A stretch of 64,000 nt of DNA from an uncultured Pelagibacteraceae bacterium (lineage in GTDB: Bacteria > Pseudomonadota > Alphaproteobacteria > Pelagibacterales > Pelagibacteraceae), in contig CACCLG010000002.1 of the NCBI GenBank assembly GCA_902546765.1, positions 18,839 through 82,838 of the forward strand, in the 5' to 3' direction. Both the position numbers and the translations under genes were made by a program. Position 1 is the stretch's first letter. Each line of letters begins with the position of its first letter. Positions 37,230-47,782 of this stretch are shown here, piece after piece. The notes under the pieces were generated by a model. The model was not told where the DNA came from. It made no database searches and was given only the letters and a program-made list of their open reading frames with translations.

Positions 37230-38993
37230 TTGTTGTATAGAAAAGAAATTGATGGTCTACGAGCGTTTGCAATAATTCCTGTAGTTTTTTTTCACTCTGG
37301 TTTAGAAATTTTTAATGGTGGATATATAGGGGTAGATATTTTTTTTGTTATAAGTGGTTATTTAATTACAAATATTATTCTTGAGGAAATAGATGAAAAC
37401 AGGTTCAGTATCTTAAATTTTTATCAAAGACGTGCTCGAAGATTATTACCGGCATTATTTAGCGTAATAATTGTATCTTTACCTTTTGCATGGTTCTGGA
37501 TGTTGCCGGACCCCCTGGAAAATTATGGACAATCTTTAATAGCAACTATTTTTTTTTCAAACAACATACTCTTATACCTTACAAGCGGATATTGGGATCT
37601 TGATTCACAATTCAAGCCTTTTCTTAATACTTGGAGTTTAGGGGTGGAAGAACAGTTTTATATTATATTTCCAATTTTGTTAGTTTTTTTTAAAAAATAT
37701 TTTAACAATAAAACTTTATTTGTTTTAACAATAATTTTTCTACTCAGTTTAATCTTGTGTGAGATTGGTTCAAAAAAATTTGAAAATGCAAATTTTTATT
37801 TAATTTTTACTCGTTCATGGGAACTTTTGTTAGGATCTTTTGGATCATTTATAAAAAAAAAAAACTATATCTCTCCTAATAAATATCTTTCAGTACTTTT
37901 TTTAATATGTCTTATTTTTTCTTTTGTTTTTTTTAATGAAAAAATTTTATTTCCAAGTCTATTGACATTAATTCCAACATTATCAGCACTTGGATTAATT
38001 ATTTTTGCTAACGAAACAAATTTAGCTGGAAGAATACTTGGTACGAAATTTTTTGTATTTGTAGGATTAATTAGTTATTCTTTATATTTATGGCACTATC
38101 CAATAATTGCTTTTACTAAGATATATCTTAAGGGAGAACCTTCGATTATATTAATAATATTTCTTATTTTTATCTCATTTTTTATATCATTCTTAAGTTG
38201 GAAGTATATTGAGAATCCATTTAGACAAAAGAAAGTTGGTAATAAGTTATTTTTATCAATAGTATTACTCTTCGGTATTCTTATCTCATTTATTGGCTAT
38301 CAGTTACATGCTAACAATGGATACGTTAATAGAGTTTTTGATCAAAATATAAATTCAAGCTCTATGCATATAAAATATAATATGAAAAATTTTGAATATA
38401 AAAATAATGATTTTAACCCCACATCAGAAAACAAAATATTAGTTATTGGAAATTCTATGGGTAGAGATATCGTAAATATTTTAAGGGAAACATATAATTT
38501 AAATAAAATAAGCTTAATTTATAGAGATGACCTACATAGTTGCAATTTAATTGAAACCAAAATAGGGGAAAAATTATTTAAAGAAGCAAATTTAATTCTT
38601 CACAGTGTGGACCAAGATCTTATTGATAAAAAATGTCTAAAAAAAATAATTAGTAATTCTGAACTATTGCAAAACAAAGTTTTATTTATTGGCACTACTT
38701 TTTTTGGTAATAATTTAAATTGGATTGCAAGGACAAAAAAAAACTCTAGATCCTATTTAAGAAACCCTATGCCTACTAATATAATAGATAATGATAAGAA
38801 ACTGATGAAATTAATTCCAAAAGGTTTTTATATTTCAATAATAAATAATTTAATTGATGAAAATAATGAAATTTTAGTTACTGATAAAATGGGTAGACTG
38901 CTTAGTGCAGATAGAAGACATCTTACACAGTATGGTGCTAAATATTTAGGAGAAAAAATATTTAAAAAATCAATAATAAATGATTTTTTTTGA
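37230..38993 (+). CDS. Acyltransferase-3 / SGNH fusion O-acyltransferase (OafA-like)
   Basis: YRKEIDGLRA, GVDIFFVISGYLI, RRARRLLP, WSLGVEEQFY, ISYSLYLWH; C-terminal IGNS...DRRHL. Confidence 0.92.
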   Translation: MLYRKEIDGLRAFAIIPVVFFHSGLEIFNGGYIGVDIFFVISGYLITNIILEEIDENRFSILNFYQRRARRLLPALFSVIIVSLPFAWFWMLPDPLENYGQSLIATIFFSNNILLYLTSGYWDLDSQFKPFLNTWSLGVEEQFYIIFPILLVFFKKYFNNKTLFVLTIIFLLSLILCEIGSKKFENANFYLIFTRSWELLLGSFGSFIKKKNYISPNKYLSVLFLICLIFSFVFFNEKILFPSLLTLIPTLSALGLIIFANETNLAGRILGTKFFVFVGLISYSLYLWHYPIIAFTKIYLKGEPSIILIIFLIFISFFISFLSWKYIENPFRQKKVGNKLFLSIVLLFGILISFIGYQLHANNGYVNRVFDQNINSSSMHIKYNMKNFEYKNNDFNPTSENKILVIGNSMGRDIVNILRETYNLNKISLIYRDDLHSCNLIETKIGEKLFKEANLILHSVDQDLIDKKCLKKIISNSELLQNKVLFIGTTFFGNNLNWIARTKKNSRSYLRNPMPTNIIDNDKKLMKLIPKGFYISIINNLIDENNEILVTDKMGRLLSADRRHLTQYGAKYLGEKIFKKSIINDFF

Positions 38994-38997
38994 ATAG

Positions 38998-41439
38998 TTA
39001 ATCCCTAAAATTTTTTTGATTTAGAGGTTTTTGCAATATATCTACTGGATATTTCCTCTTTTCAACCTCTATATAAATATTTCTATTTTTAAGTGTATTC
39101 TTTGTATTTCCAGAGTTTATATATCCAAACGATAAATTTTTATTAAAGCAAAATGAGTAGTTACCTGAAGTTGTTCTGCCAATAATTTTATTATCTAAAT
39201 AAATTGGTTCATCATGAAGTAATAAAGGTTTACCAGGTTGGTTATCCTTTAAAGTAAACATCATCATACGTTTATCTAAAGGTTTATCTTTTATTTGAGA
39301 CAATGCCTTCTTTCCAATAAAGTCTATATTCTTCTTGTAGCTAATTAAAAAATTAAGTCCCGCTTGATATTGATTTTCTTCGGGCGATATATCATGACCC
39401 CAATGTAAAAATCCTGTTTCCATACGCATTGTATCTAATGCGTGCATACCACATAGAGATAAATTAAATTCTTTTCCAACGTCATTAATTAAATTAAAAA
39501 TTTTTTTTGATTTATTTATATCCATATAAAGTTCAAAACCATTTTCACCTACATAGGACAGTCTTTGTAATATTACATTATCATTGTTTATTTGTATTTC
39601 TTTGAACGATGCAAAATGAATATTCTCTTTTGAAATATCGTCATTAGTCAATTTTTGAAGAAGATCTCTGCTTTTTGGACCAAATAAACCAAAACATGCA
39701 ATATCATCTGTTACATCTTTAAAATTTATGTCTTGAGACAAATATTTTAGAATATGAAATTTATCTCTTTCTCGATTTGCTGCTGAAGTAATAATTCTAA
39801 AATATTCTTTATCTAAGCAAACAACAGTAAGATCGGTTTCAATCCCACCATCTTCGTTTAACATTTGTGTATATGTAGTTTTGCCAGGTTCGTTTTTAAT
39901 ATTAGCTGTACAAAGTTTCTGAAGTTCAAAATGAACATTTCTACCTTTTAGGTCATATTTAGAGAAAGCTGTTAGATCAAACAAACCAACATTTTCTCTT
40001 GTATTTTTTGTCTCATACTCAACGGCTGGATACCAATTTTGATAATTATATGAGTATTCATACTCTGGTTTCTGCCCATTAGTTGCATACCACATTGGTC
40101 TCTCATAACCTGCCGAAACACCAAAGCATGCTCCTGCTTTTTTCATTTCTTGGTGATATGGGGTTAATTTTTGATCTCGAGAAGTTTTGTGTTGTTTAAA
40201 TGGCCAATGCATTCCATATAAATCGCCTAGTGTTTCAGTAATTCTCTCTTTAATAAATCCTAATTTTGAATGAAATTTTTGAAATCTTTTAATGTCGTAT
40301 GAAAATATATCTTCATTAATATGACCATTAATTAACCATTCAGCTGTAACTTTTCCAACACCTCCTCCACTTCCAATTCCAATGCTATTCAAACCACAAC
40401 ATACAAAGAAATTTTTAATCTCTGGAACTTCTCCTAAAAGAGTATTTGTATCCGGTGTAAAAGACTCAGGACCTGAAAAAAACTTTCTAATTCCAGCTGT
40501 TTCTAACACAGGAAATCTTTTAATTGCAGATTTTAAATATGGTTCAAAATGTTCAAAATTTTCTTGAAATTCACCAAAAGAAAAATTCTCTGGGACTACA
40601 TTTGTTTTATTCCACGCAGGAATTGAATTACCCTCAAAAATTCCAACCAATATTTTACCTGCATCTTCTTTAATATATGTGCGGTTATCAAAATCTCGTA
40701 TGACAGGTAAATTACTTGAAAGATTATTTATAGGTTCTGTAATAATATAAAAATGTTCTGCTGGATAAAGAGGTATGCTTACTCCGACCTTTTCTCCTAT
40801 TTGCCTGGACCACATGCCTGATGCTAGAACTATGTATTCACAATCAATGATTTGATCGTTTACTTTAACACCAGAAATTTTACCATTCTTAGTTAAAATT
40901 TCTGATACAGGTGATTTTTCATAAATCTTAGCACCTTCCATTTTTGCTGCTTTTGCAAGCATATGTGTTACGCCTGAAGGATCAGCTGAGCCATCACCAG
41001 GCATTAAAATGCCACCTAATACATCATCAGTATTTACTATTGGATATTTTTTTTTAATTTGATCTTTATCTAAAATTTGCACATCAACATTATAAAGTTG
41101 AGCTGTAGTTGCTTGTCTTTGCAACTCCTGCCACCTACCTTTATTTTCAGCAATCGAAAGAGCACCATTTAATCTAAGTCCTGGAGAGTGATCTACTTTT
41201 TTTTCAAGTTCTTTATACAAATCTAGTGTGTATTTTCTAATTTTAGTGATTGCTGCAGAAGGACCCAATTGACTTACCAACCCTGCTGCATGCCAAGTTG
41301 TGCCTGAAGTTAATTGATCTCTTTCTAGTAAAACGACATCTTTCCAACCAAATTTTGCTAAATGATATAAACACGAGGTACCCACGACACCGCCACCAAT
41401 TATAACTACTTTACAATTTTTTGGTGGTTTATTATTCAT
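38998..41439 (-). CDS. Sarcosine/dimethylglycine dehydrogenase-like FAD oxidoreductase with GcvT domain
   Basis: IIGGGVVG, LTSGTTWHAAG, GPESFTPD, YERP, followed by a GcvT domain. Likely start 41439 (ORF track gives 41451). Confidence 0.92.
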   Translation of the reverse strand: MNNKPPKNCKVVIIGGGVVGTSCLYHLAKFGWKDVVLLERDQLTSGTTWHAAGLVSQLGPSAAITKIRKYTLDLYKELEKKVDHSPGLRLNGALSIAENKGRWQELQRQATTAQLYNVDVQILDKDQIKKKYPIVNTDDVLGGILMPGDGSADPSGVTHMLAKAAKMEGAKIYEKSPVSEILTKNGKISGVKVNDQIIDCEYIVLASGMWSRQIGEKVGVSIPLYPAEHFYIITEPINNLSSNLPVIRDFDNRTYIKEDAGKILVGIFEGNSIPAWNKTNVVPENFSFGEFQENFEHFEPYLKSAIKRFPVLETAGIRKFFSGPESFTPDTNTLLGEVPEIKNFFVCCGLNSIGIGSGGGVGKVTAEWLINGHINEDIFSYDIKRFQKFHSKLGFIKERITETLGDLYGMHWPFKQHKTSRDQKLTPYHQEMKKAGACFGVSAGYERPMWYATNGQKPEYEYSYNYQNWYPAVEYETKNTRENVGLFDLTAFSKYDLKGRNVHFELQKLCTANIKNEPGKTTYTQMLNEDGGIETDLTVVCLDKEYFRIITSAANRERDKFHILKYLSQDINFKDVTDDIACFGLFGPKSRDLLQKLTNDDISKENIHFASFKEIQINNDNVILQRLSYVGENGFELYMDINKSKKIFNLINDVGKEFNLSLCGMHALDTMRMETGFLHWGHDISPEENQYQAGLNFLISYKKNIDFIGKKALSQIKDKPLDKRMMMFTLKDNQPGKPLLLHDEPIYLDNKIIGRTTSGNYSFCFNKNLSFGYINSGNTKNTLKNRNIYIEVEKRKYPVDILQKPLNQKNFRD

Positions 41440-41443
41440 TTTA

Positions 41444-41938
41444 TTAATCAAGATTAAATTTATTTTTATAATTTATTTTTAAATTTTCTAATTGTTTTTT
41501 TTTATCTAAAAAATAGTTGCCTATTACTAAATAATCTAATTCAGTTCCCATAAAACATCTGAATGCATCTAATGGTGTATTTACAATTGGCTCCCCTCTT
41601 ACATTGAAAGAAGTATTAATTAAAACTGGACAATTTTTTTTTTTATAAAATCTACTAATTAAATCGTGGTATTTTTTATTTGTTTCTTTATGAACAGTTT
41701 GAACCCTAGCAGTGTAATCAATGTGTGTTACAGCTGGAATTTCTGATCTTTTAACATTAAGTTTCTCAATACCAAATAAATTTTCAGACTCTTTTGACAT
41801 TATAAATATTTTTTCTTTTTTTACTTTTGCCACAATTAGCATGTGTGGCGAATTTTGATCTAATTCAAACCAATCAGAAACATTTTCTCTCAAAACTGAT
41901 GGGGCAAATGGTCTGAAACTCTCTCTATATTTCACTTT
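41444..41938 (-). pseudogene. C-terminal fragment of a NodU/CmcH-type O-carbamoyltransferase
   Basis: KVKYRESFRPFAPSV, IPAVTHIDYTARVQTV, LINTSFNVRGEPIV. The whole N-terminal domain is absent. Confidence 0.88.
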
Positions 41939-42026
41939 CTTTAAATAATGGCCACATTGAAATAATTAAAAAAAAAACAAAAAATACAATTCCAAAACTT
42001 CTGTTTGTTCCAATCTTAGGTTTCAT
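41925..42026 (-). pseudogene. N-terminal fragment of an SxtJ-family membrane protein (33 aa)
   Basis: Hand translation MKPKIGTNRSFGIVFFVFFLIISMWPLFKESEI*. NRSFG plus a TM helix matches my recollection of SxtJ-family N-termini. Confidence 0.7.
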
Positions 42027-42113
42027 TTTTTTATTTAAAAGTAAGTCTTAAATATCTACTAGATAATTTTAATTTTCAATCAAATTTTCGTATAACAAAT
42101 CATAGTAATAAAT

Positions 42114-43079
42114 CTATACTGTAATATATGATGATCCATTTTGACTAAAATCAAAATTAATAACTTGAAATTTATGTAAAGCTTTTTTTATTTTTTTGTG
42201 ATTTTTTGGATCAGCAAAAAATAAAAAGTAACCACCACCACCTGCACCTAATAGCTTTCCCCCAAGAGCACCTGCTTTTAATGCGTTGTCATATATTTCA
42301 TTCAAATTTTTACTAGAAACCTTCTGATGTAAATTTTTTTTTAACATCCAATTCTCATGTAATATTTCTGCAGTGTTCAAGAGATCTCCTTTGCATATTT
42401 CATACTCAAATTGGTTAGCCAGTTTTGATAATAATTCATAATTCTTATTGTGTTTTTTTTCTTTTTTTATTTTTCCTAAAATTTGATCTGCTTTTCTATT
42501 TATTCCGCTGTAAAACATAATCAGGTGTTTTTTAAAGGTAATAAGCCTTTTTTTTGATATGCTTATTTTTTTTACTTTAACAGTCTTATTTTGATTAAAT
42601 ATTATTGAATTAAATCCTCCGTATGCCGCGGAATAGTGGTCTTGCATACCTATTGGTTTTTTACATTTTTCAATTTCTATTTTTGATGCAATTTTACTTA
42701 GATTATCCTTATTTATCTCTTTTCCTTTAAATTTTTGTAATGCTTTTGTTAGACCTACACATAAAGCACTTGATGATCCAAGCCCACTTCCTGAGGATGG
42801 TATATCGGCGAGCGTTGTAATTTCAATTCCACCCTTAATTTTAAAATATTCTAAGGTTTTTCTGATTATTAAGTGATCTAAATCTTTGGTATTATTTTTA
42901 TTTTCTGTAACAGAATAAGATAATCTTACTTTATCATCATGCTTTTTATTTATATTAATGTACATATATTTATTTATTGTTGTTGAAATTACTTTGCCAG
43001 GTACAACTGACCTATAATTAAAATGGTCTGAACCTCCGCCAACAAAACTTATTCTGAAAGGTGTCTTTGAAATAATCAT
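42114..43079 (-). CDS. hddA: GHMP kinase, D-glycero-alpha-D-manno-heptose-7-phosphate kinase-like
   Basis: KTPFRISFVGGGSD, GSGLGSSS, GMQD, YGGFN, GGKLLGAGGGG. Confidence 0.85.
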   Translation of the reverse strand: MIISKTPFRISFVGGGSDHFNYRSVVPGKVISTTINKYMYININKKHDDKVRLSYSVTENKNNTKDLDHLIIRKTLEYFKIKGGIEITTLADIPSSGSGLGSSSALCVGLTKALQKFKGKEINKDNLSKIASKIEIEKCKKPIGMQDHYSAAYGGFNSIIFNQNKTVKVKKISISKKRLITFKKHLIMFYSGINRKADQILGKIKKEKKHNKNYELLSKLANQFEYEICKGDLLNTAEILHENWMLKKNLHQKVSSKNLNEIYDNALKAGALGGKLLGAGGGGYFLFFADPKNHKKIKKALHKFQVINFDFSQNGSSYITV

Positions 43080-43113
43080 TTTTTAAAATTTCTTATATTT
43101 AATTTGTAATTTA

Positions 43114-44364
43114 CTATAATATTGAATTTATAGCTTGGTTTAAATTTAAAAAATTTTTTTTATTTTTAATTTTAAATTTGTTTCCTACTAGTAAAAATTT
43201 AATGCCTGTTTTTTTAGCAGCTAAATAATCTGTGATTCTATCTCCAACCATATATGATTTTTTTATATCAATATTTAAATCTTTAATAGCTTTTAAAAAC
43301 ATTCCATTGTTTGGTTTTCTCATATTTGATTTTTTTTTATATTTTTTGACTTCTCCTTTAAATCCTCCTTTTGGATAAAAAGGGCAATAGTATATTCTAT
43401 CAAAATAACATCCCTTTTGACTAAATAAATACTCTAACTTTTTGTGATCTTTTTCAACTTTTTCAATTGTTACTGTTCCTTTAGCTACTGCAGACTGATT
43501 AGTAATAATTACCGATAAAAAGCCTTTTTCATTTATTTTCTTTAAGGCATTGAATGCACCTTCAATTAAATTTAAAGGATTTTGATAATGCTTATTTGGA
43601 TATTCCTTATTTAAAACACCATCTCTATCCAAAAAAATTGCGGGAATTTTAGTTTTAAGTGATCCATTTAAATACTTAATATTTTTTAAATGCTTGCTTA
43701 TTTTTTTTATTCTTTCAGGGGTGCCAGCATCTTTGACATATTCTCTAGTATTATATCCGTATATCCTTAATTTTTTTTTTATGAGTTTTGGCAATATATC
43801 ATTTGAAAAATCTTGAAATTTATCTTTTTTGATATATTTCAGAATTCTTTTTTTTATAATCATAATTCCAGATAAACATAAATTACCGATATTTTTTTTT
43901 TGATGAGGTTTTTTATGAAATTTTACTAATTGATCTAAATGGTTTAATTCAATTGCATCACTATCCATAATATGGTCATTTGGATGTACCAGAAAACTAA
44001 CATCACCTTTGTTTTTTTTATGAAATTTATAAAATTTTTTTATGTCAATATTGAATACTAAATCACCTGATATAATCAGGATATCGTTTTTAATATTTTT
44101 AAATTTTTCTAAATTTTTCAAACAACCAGCATTTCCCAATGGTTGTTTTTCCTCAATAATATTTATTTTTTTATCTAAAAGAGTATTATTAAATTTTTTA
44201 ATTTTGTTATTCGATAACAAATATATTCTTTTATAATTTTTAAGATGCTCTAATTGCCTTTCTATAATTGTTTTTTTATTTATTTTTAAAAAGGGTTTAG
44301 GAATATGTTTTGAAATTGTTTTTGTTCTTGATCCTTTACCACCAATTAAAATTGCGATATCCAT
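43114..44364 (-). CDS. Nucleotidyltransferase (HddC-like) fused to GmhB-like HAD phosphatase
   Basis: GGKGSR...PKP, PLGNAG, HPNDH, KDAGTPER; then FLDRDGVLN, ITNQS, RKPNNGM, MVGD...D. Confidence 0.88.
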   Translation of the reverse strand: MDIAILIGGKGSRTKTISKHIPKPFLKINKKTIIERQLEHLKNYKRIYLLSNNKIKKFNNTLLDKKINIIEEKQPLGNAGCLKNLEKFKNIKNDILIISGDLVFNIDIKKFYKFHKKNKGDVSFLVHPNDHIMDSDAIELNHLDQLVKFHKKPHQKKNIGNLCLSGIMIIKKRILKYIKKDKFQDFSNDILPKLIKKKLRIYGYNTREYVKDAGTPERIKKISKHLKNIKYLNGSLKTKIPAIFLDRDGVLNKEYPNKHYQNPLNLIEGAFNALKKINEKGFLSVIITNQSAVAKGTVTIEKVEKDHKKLEYLFSQKGCYFDRIYYCPFYPKGGFKGEVKKYKKKSNMRKPNNGMFLKAIKDLNIDIKKSYMVGDRITDYLAAKKTGIKFLLVGNKFKIKNKKNFLNLNQAINSIL

Positions 44365-45335
44365 TATTCAAAATTTTTTTTGGATAATGATCTAATAGTT
44401 TTTTTTATGGCTTGGATTGAAGATAATTTAAAATTAAATCCATTTTTTTTCATCTTTACGTTAGAGTACCTATAAGATGTTACATCACCAGGCCAACCAA
44501 ATTTCTGCTTTTGATATAATACTTCTTTTTTACAATCAAATTTTTTAATTAATAGTTCAACAATTTTTCTAACTTTAACACCTTTGTCACTTGCTCCTAT
44601 ATTAAAAAAATTAATTAGTTCTTTTTTTTTTTTATTTTTTAAAAAAATCATACAACTTATTAATTCATCAACATGAGAATAAGGTTTACATTGCTCTCCG
44701 TTACCTAAAACTTTAATTTTTTTTTGTTTGGAAAGAATTTTTTTTGTTAGATCATAAATTACACCATGTGTAAGATTTTTTCCTACAACATTAGGGAACC
44801 TAAAAATATAACTTTGAATATTATATTTATAAGAATATGCACTAATAAAGGTTTCGCATGCTGCTTTCATAGATCCATAAAAACTTTCAGGTTTTAAAGG
44901 TGATGTATTCTCATATATTGAACCTTTAACAGTGCCGTATATTGCCGAACTTGATGCAAATATAACTTTTGTGTTTTTATTTAGAAAATGATTATAGTTG
45001 TTTAAAAAATTATATGATGAGAGAAATGTATTTTTGAAATCTACATTTGGTTTCTTTACCCCTGATGCAATATCTGAGTTTGCTGCCAATAACCATATTT
45101 CAGATAATTTTTTACTGCTTAAAATCTTTAATAATTGTTTATTTTTTATTTCTTTTGAAACATCAAAATTAAGAAATTTAAAATTTTTATATTTAAATAA
45201 TGGTTTAATGTATTTTTTTTTTCCAAGTGTAAAATTATCAATTCCAATTATAAAATTATTCTTTTTCTTTATCAATTTTGATATTAATGATGATCCAACC
45301 ATTCCAGCTGCACCTGTAATCAAGATATTTTTCAT
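44364..45335 (-). CDS. NAD-dependent epimerase/dehydratase (extended SDR)
   Basis: TGAAGMVG, LAANSD, ASSSAIYG, YGSMK, RFPNVVG, GWPGD. Confidence 0.92.
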   Translation of the reverse strand: MKNILITGAAGMVGSSLISKLIKKKNNFIIGIDNFTLGKKKYIKPLFKYKNFKFLNFDVSKEIKNKQLLKILSSKKLSEIWLLAANSDIASGVKKPNVDFKNTFLSSYNFLNNYNHFLNKNTKVIFASSSAIYGTVKGSIYENTSPLKPESFYGSMKAACETFISAYSYKYNIQSYIFRFPNVVGKNLTHGVIYDLTKKILSKQKKIKVLGNGEQCKPYSHVDELISCMIFLKNKKKKELINFFNIGASDKGVKVRKIVELLIKKFDCKKEVLYQKQKFGWPGDVTSYRYSNVKMKKNGFNFKLSSIQAIKKTIRSLSKKNFE

Positions 45336-45535
45336 AAATTTAAATTACTATGGTTTATATATCATATTGTTGAGATTAAAGATTATTTTAATTTAGTTAT
45401 ATGAATTAAATATTATGTAAAAATATATTAAATTTAATATTAATAAAACGTACAAACAGTTTACTAACAAAATAATATTAAATAATTATAAATTTAAAAA
45501 TTATAATAGTTATAAATAAGATTTGTTTGAAGAAA

Positions 45536-46270
45536 TTAAGTTTTTATTTTTATAGTTTTAATATACTTAAAAAAAACAATTATAAACTTAAATGCAAAAA
45601 AATATCTTAGGAGAAAAGTTTTAGGATTATATAAAATTCTAACAAACCAACCTAAAAATAATTTATCCATATAATTTCCAATTGGAGCTTGTTCCCCAGT
45701 TAAAAAAGATATGGCTGCACCTGTGCAAATTATTTTTGTTTTAAATTTTAAATTTTCCTTTAAATATAATCCCAATACTTCTTGTGTGCCACCACCTATG
45801 TTTGTAATTATAAAATTTGGTCTGACTGCGTTTATTTTTTTTAATAGGGTCTTATCGTTTATACTTTTTAATTTATAATTAGGAGCTATATAATTGTAAA
45901 TTTTCTTTGGTCCGAAATTTTTTATTAAGAGTCTATTTGATCTTGAAAGATTTTTATTTGCATCAATGCAAAAAATAGACTTATGTTTATTTCTTTTTAG
46001 ATAATTAAGGAATAATTTTAAATATTTTAGTCCTGATAATTTATGAACTCTGATATTTTTAAATAATGCTAGTAGCAATACAAAAAGACCGCTATCAAAA
46101 AATACATAATCAGCTCTTTGTAGTGATTTATAGTAGGATTTTGCAGTTTCAATTGATGACAAACCAGGACCTGATGGAAAAAGAAATAGCCCATTTCTCT
46201 TAATCAACTTATTTATATCTTGGGTTTTGATGTCAATAAATTTTATATTATGAAAAACTATGGACCTCAT
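45536..46270 (-). CDS. WecB/TagA/CpsF family glycosyltransferase
   Basis: DSG...LSG, YIAP, IGGGTQE, CTGAAISFLTG, LGWF.R...P...RY. Confidence 0.82.
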   Translation of the reverse strand: MRSIVFHNIKFIDIKTQDINKLIKRNGLFLFPSGPGLSSIETAKSYYKSLQRADYVFFDSGLFVLLLALFKNIRVHKLSGLKYLKLFLNYLKRNKHKSIFCIDANKNLSRSNRLLIKNFGPKKIYNYIAPNYKLKSINDKTLLKKINAVRPNFIITNIGGGTQEVLGLYLKENLKFKTKIICTGAAISFLTGEQAPIGNYMDKLFLGWFVRILYNPKTFLLRYFFAFKFIIVFFKYIKTIKIKT

Positions 46271-46396
46271 TGATAATTTTTAAAATTTTAACTTATCTAA
46301 TTTTAATAAAAATGTATTAAGTTTTTATTAGTTTCGTAAAAAATTTTCTATATAAACAACTAAAACAATATTTAATAAAAGTAAAAAAGTAAATTT

Positions 46397-47782
46397 TTGA
46401 TGCCAAAAAAAATATTGATACTAGGAGATATTTTTTTAGATATTTTTGAAGAAACAAAAGCTTTTAAAATTTCTCCTGAAAGACCTGTGCCAGTCCTTAA
46501 GCCAATAGGAAAACAACTTTTGTTAGGAGGGGCAAGTAACGTAGCGGCAAACATTAAATCAATAGGTGGTGATCCATTTTTAATTTCCAAACTTTCAAAA
46601 GATAAATATTCAAACAAAATAATTTCTTTACTAAAGAAAAAAAAAATAAATCATAAAATTTTTTTTAACAAGAAATATGCTTCATCAGTTAAAAAAAGAA
46701 TAGTTGAAAATAATCATCAATTCCTGCGGATCGATAATGAAAAAATAACTAACCTTACTAGATCTGATGAAATTTCAATTATTAAATATATAAAAAAAAA
46801 CATAAAAAAATTTGAAACTTTAATTATTTCAGATTATTCAAAAGGTTTTTTTTCAAATTACTTACTCAAAAACGTTTTAAAAATATTTCATAGAAACAAA
46901 AAAAAAATCTTTACTGATCCAAAAAAAAATAATGTTGAATATTATAAATATTCCAATTTTATATGTCCAAATCAAATTGAATTTGACGAGTTTTTAAAAT
47001 ATCATAATTCTTTTCAAAATAATAAATCTTTATTGAAGATTTTTAAATTATCTAAATCAGAAGCATTTATAATTACAAGAGGTGCAATGGGCGTAAAAAT
47101 AATTTTTAAAAATGGAAAGAAAATTAATATACCTCAAAAAATTATTAATGTTTATGATGTAACTGGAGCTGGAGATACATTCATATCTTATATAACTTTT
47201 TTTCACTCAAAAAAAATAGATTTAGTTAATTCAGTTAAGATAGCAATATATGCGTGCTCCAAAATCGTCCAAAAAAAACATACATCTACACTCGAATTAG
47301 ACGAATTTAGATCAGTAATTGATAAATTTTGTCAAGAAGGAAATATTGATTTAAAATTAAAAATTAAATTATGGAAATTAGCGAAATTCAAAATTGGTAT
47401 TGCGAATGGTTGTTTTGATGTTTTGCACTCAGGTCATCTTCATCTGTTTAAACTTGCAAAAAAAAATTGTGATAAATTAATTGTATTAATTAATTCTGAT
47501 CAATCAGTTTTTAAAAATAAAGGCAGTGGAAGACCTAAATTAAAGCTTAATACTAGGATGCAATTTTTAAAAATGGTTAAAGGAATTGATTTGGTCGAAA
47601 AATTTGATGAAGTCACACCAATTAATAAGATAAATGATATAAAGCCGAATATAATTTTTAAAGGCTCAGACTACAAAAAAAAAAATGTAGTTGGGTATAA
47701 AGAAATTAAAAGTTATGGTGGAAAGGTTTTTATTATTAAAAATTATAAAAATTTCAGCTCTACAAAATTAATAGATAAATGA
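46397..47782 (+). CDS. hldE: Bifunctional heptose-7-phosphate kinase / heptose-1-phosphate adenylyltransferase
   Basis: ISPERPVP, GGASNVA, SDYSKG, DVTGAGDT (PfkB); NGCFDVLHSGH, NSDQSV...KG..RP, KGSDY. Confidence 0.92.
   Translation: MMPKKILILGDIFLDIFEETKAFKISPERPVPVLKPIGKQLLLGGASNVAANIKSIGGDPFLISKLSKDKYSNKIISLLKKKKINHKIFFNKKYASSVKKRIVENNHQFLRIDNEKITNLTRSDEISIIKYIKKNIKKFETLIISDYSKGFFSNYLLKNVLKIFHRNKKKIFTDPKKNNVEYYKYSNFICPNQIEFDEFLKYHNSFQNNKSLLKIFKLSKSEAFIITRGAMGVKIIFKNGKKINIPQKIINVYDVTGAGDTFISYITFFHSKKIDLVNSVKIAIYACSKIVQKKHTSTLELDEFRSVIDKFCQEGNIDLKLKIKLWKLAKFKIGIANGCFDVLHSGHLHLFKLAKKNCDKLIVLINSDQSVFKNKGSGRPKLKLNTRMQFLKMVKGIDLVEKFDEVTPINKINDIKPNIIFKGSDYKKKNVVGYKEIKSYGGKVFIIKNYKNFSSTKLIDK

Noticed and set aside
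41444-42026. Saxitoxin biosynthesis suggested by sxtI/sxtJ-like pieces
   Set aside because: No sxtA/sxtG-like genes are present. These families are widespread in glycan loci and are broken here.
45336-45535. Long AT-rich spacers (also 57548-57734) as ncRNA, origin or repeat array
   Set aside because: No GC-rich stems, DnaA-box cluster or regular repeats were found; they are consistent with promoter or degenerate spacer DNA.
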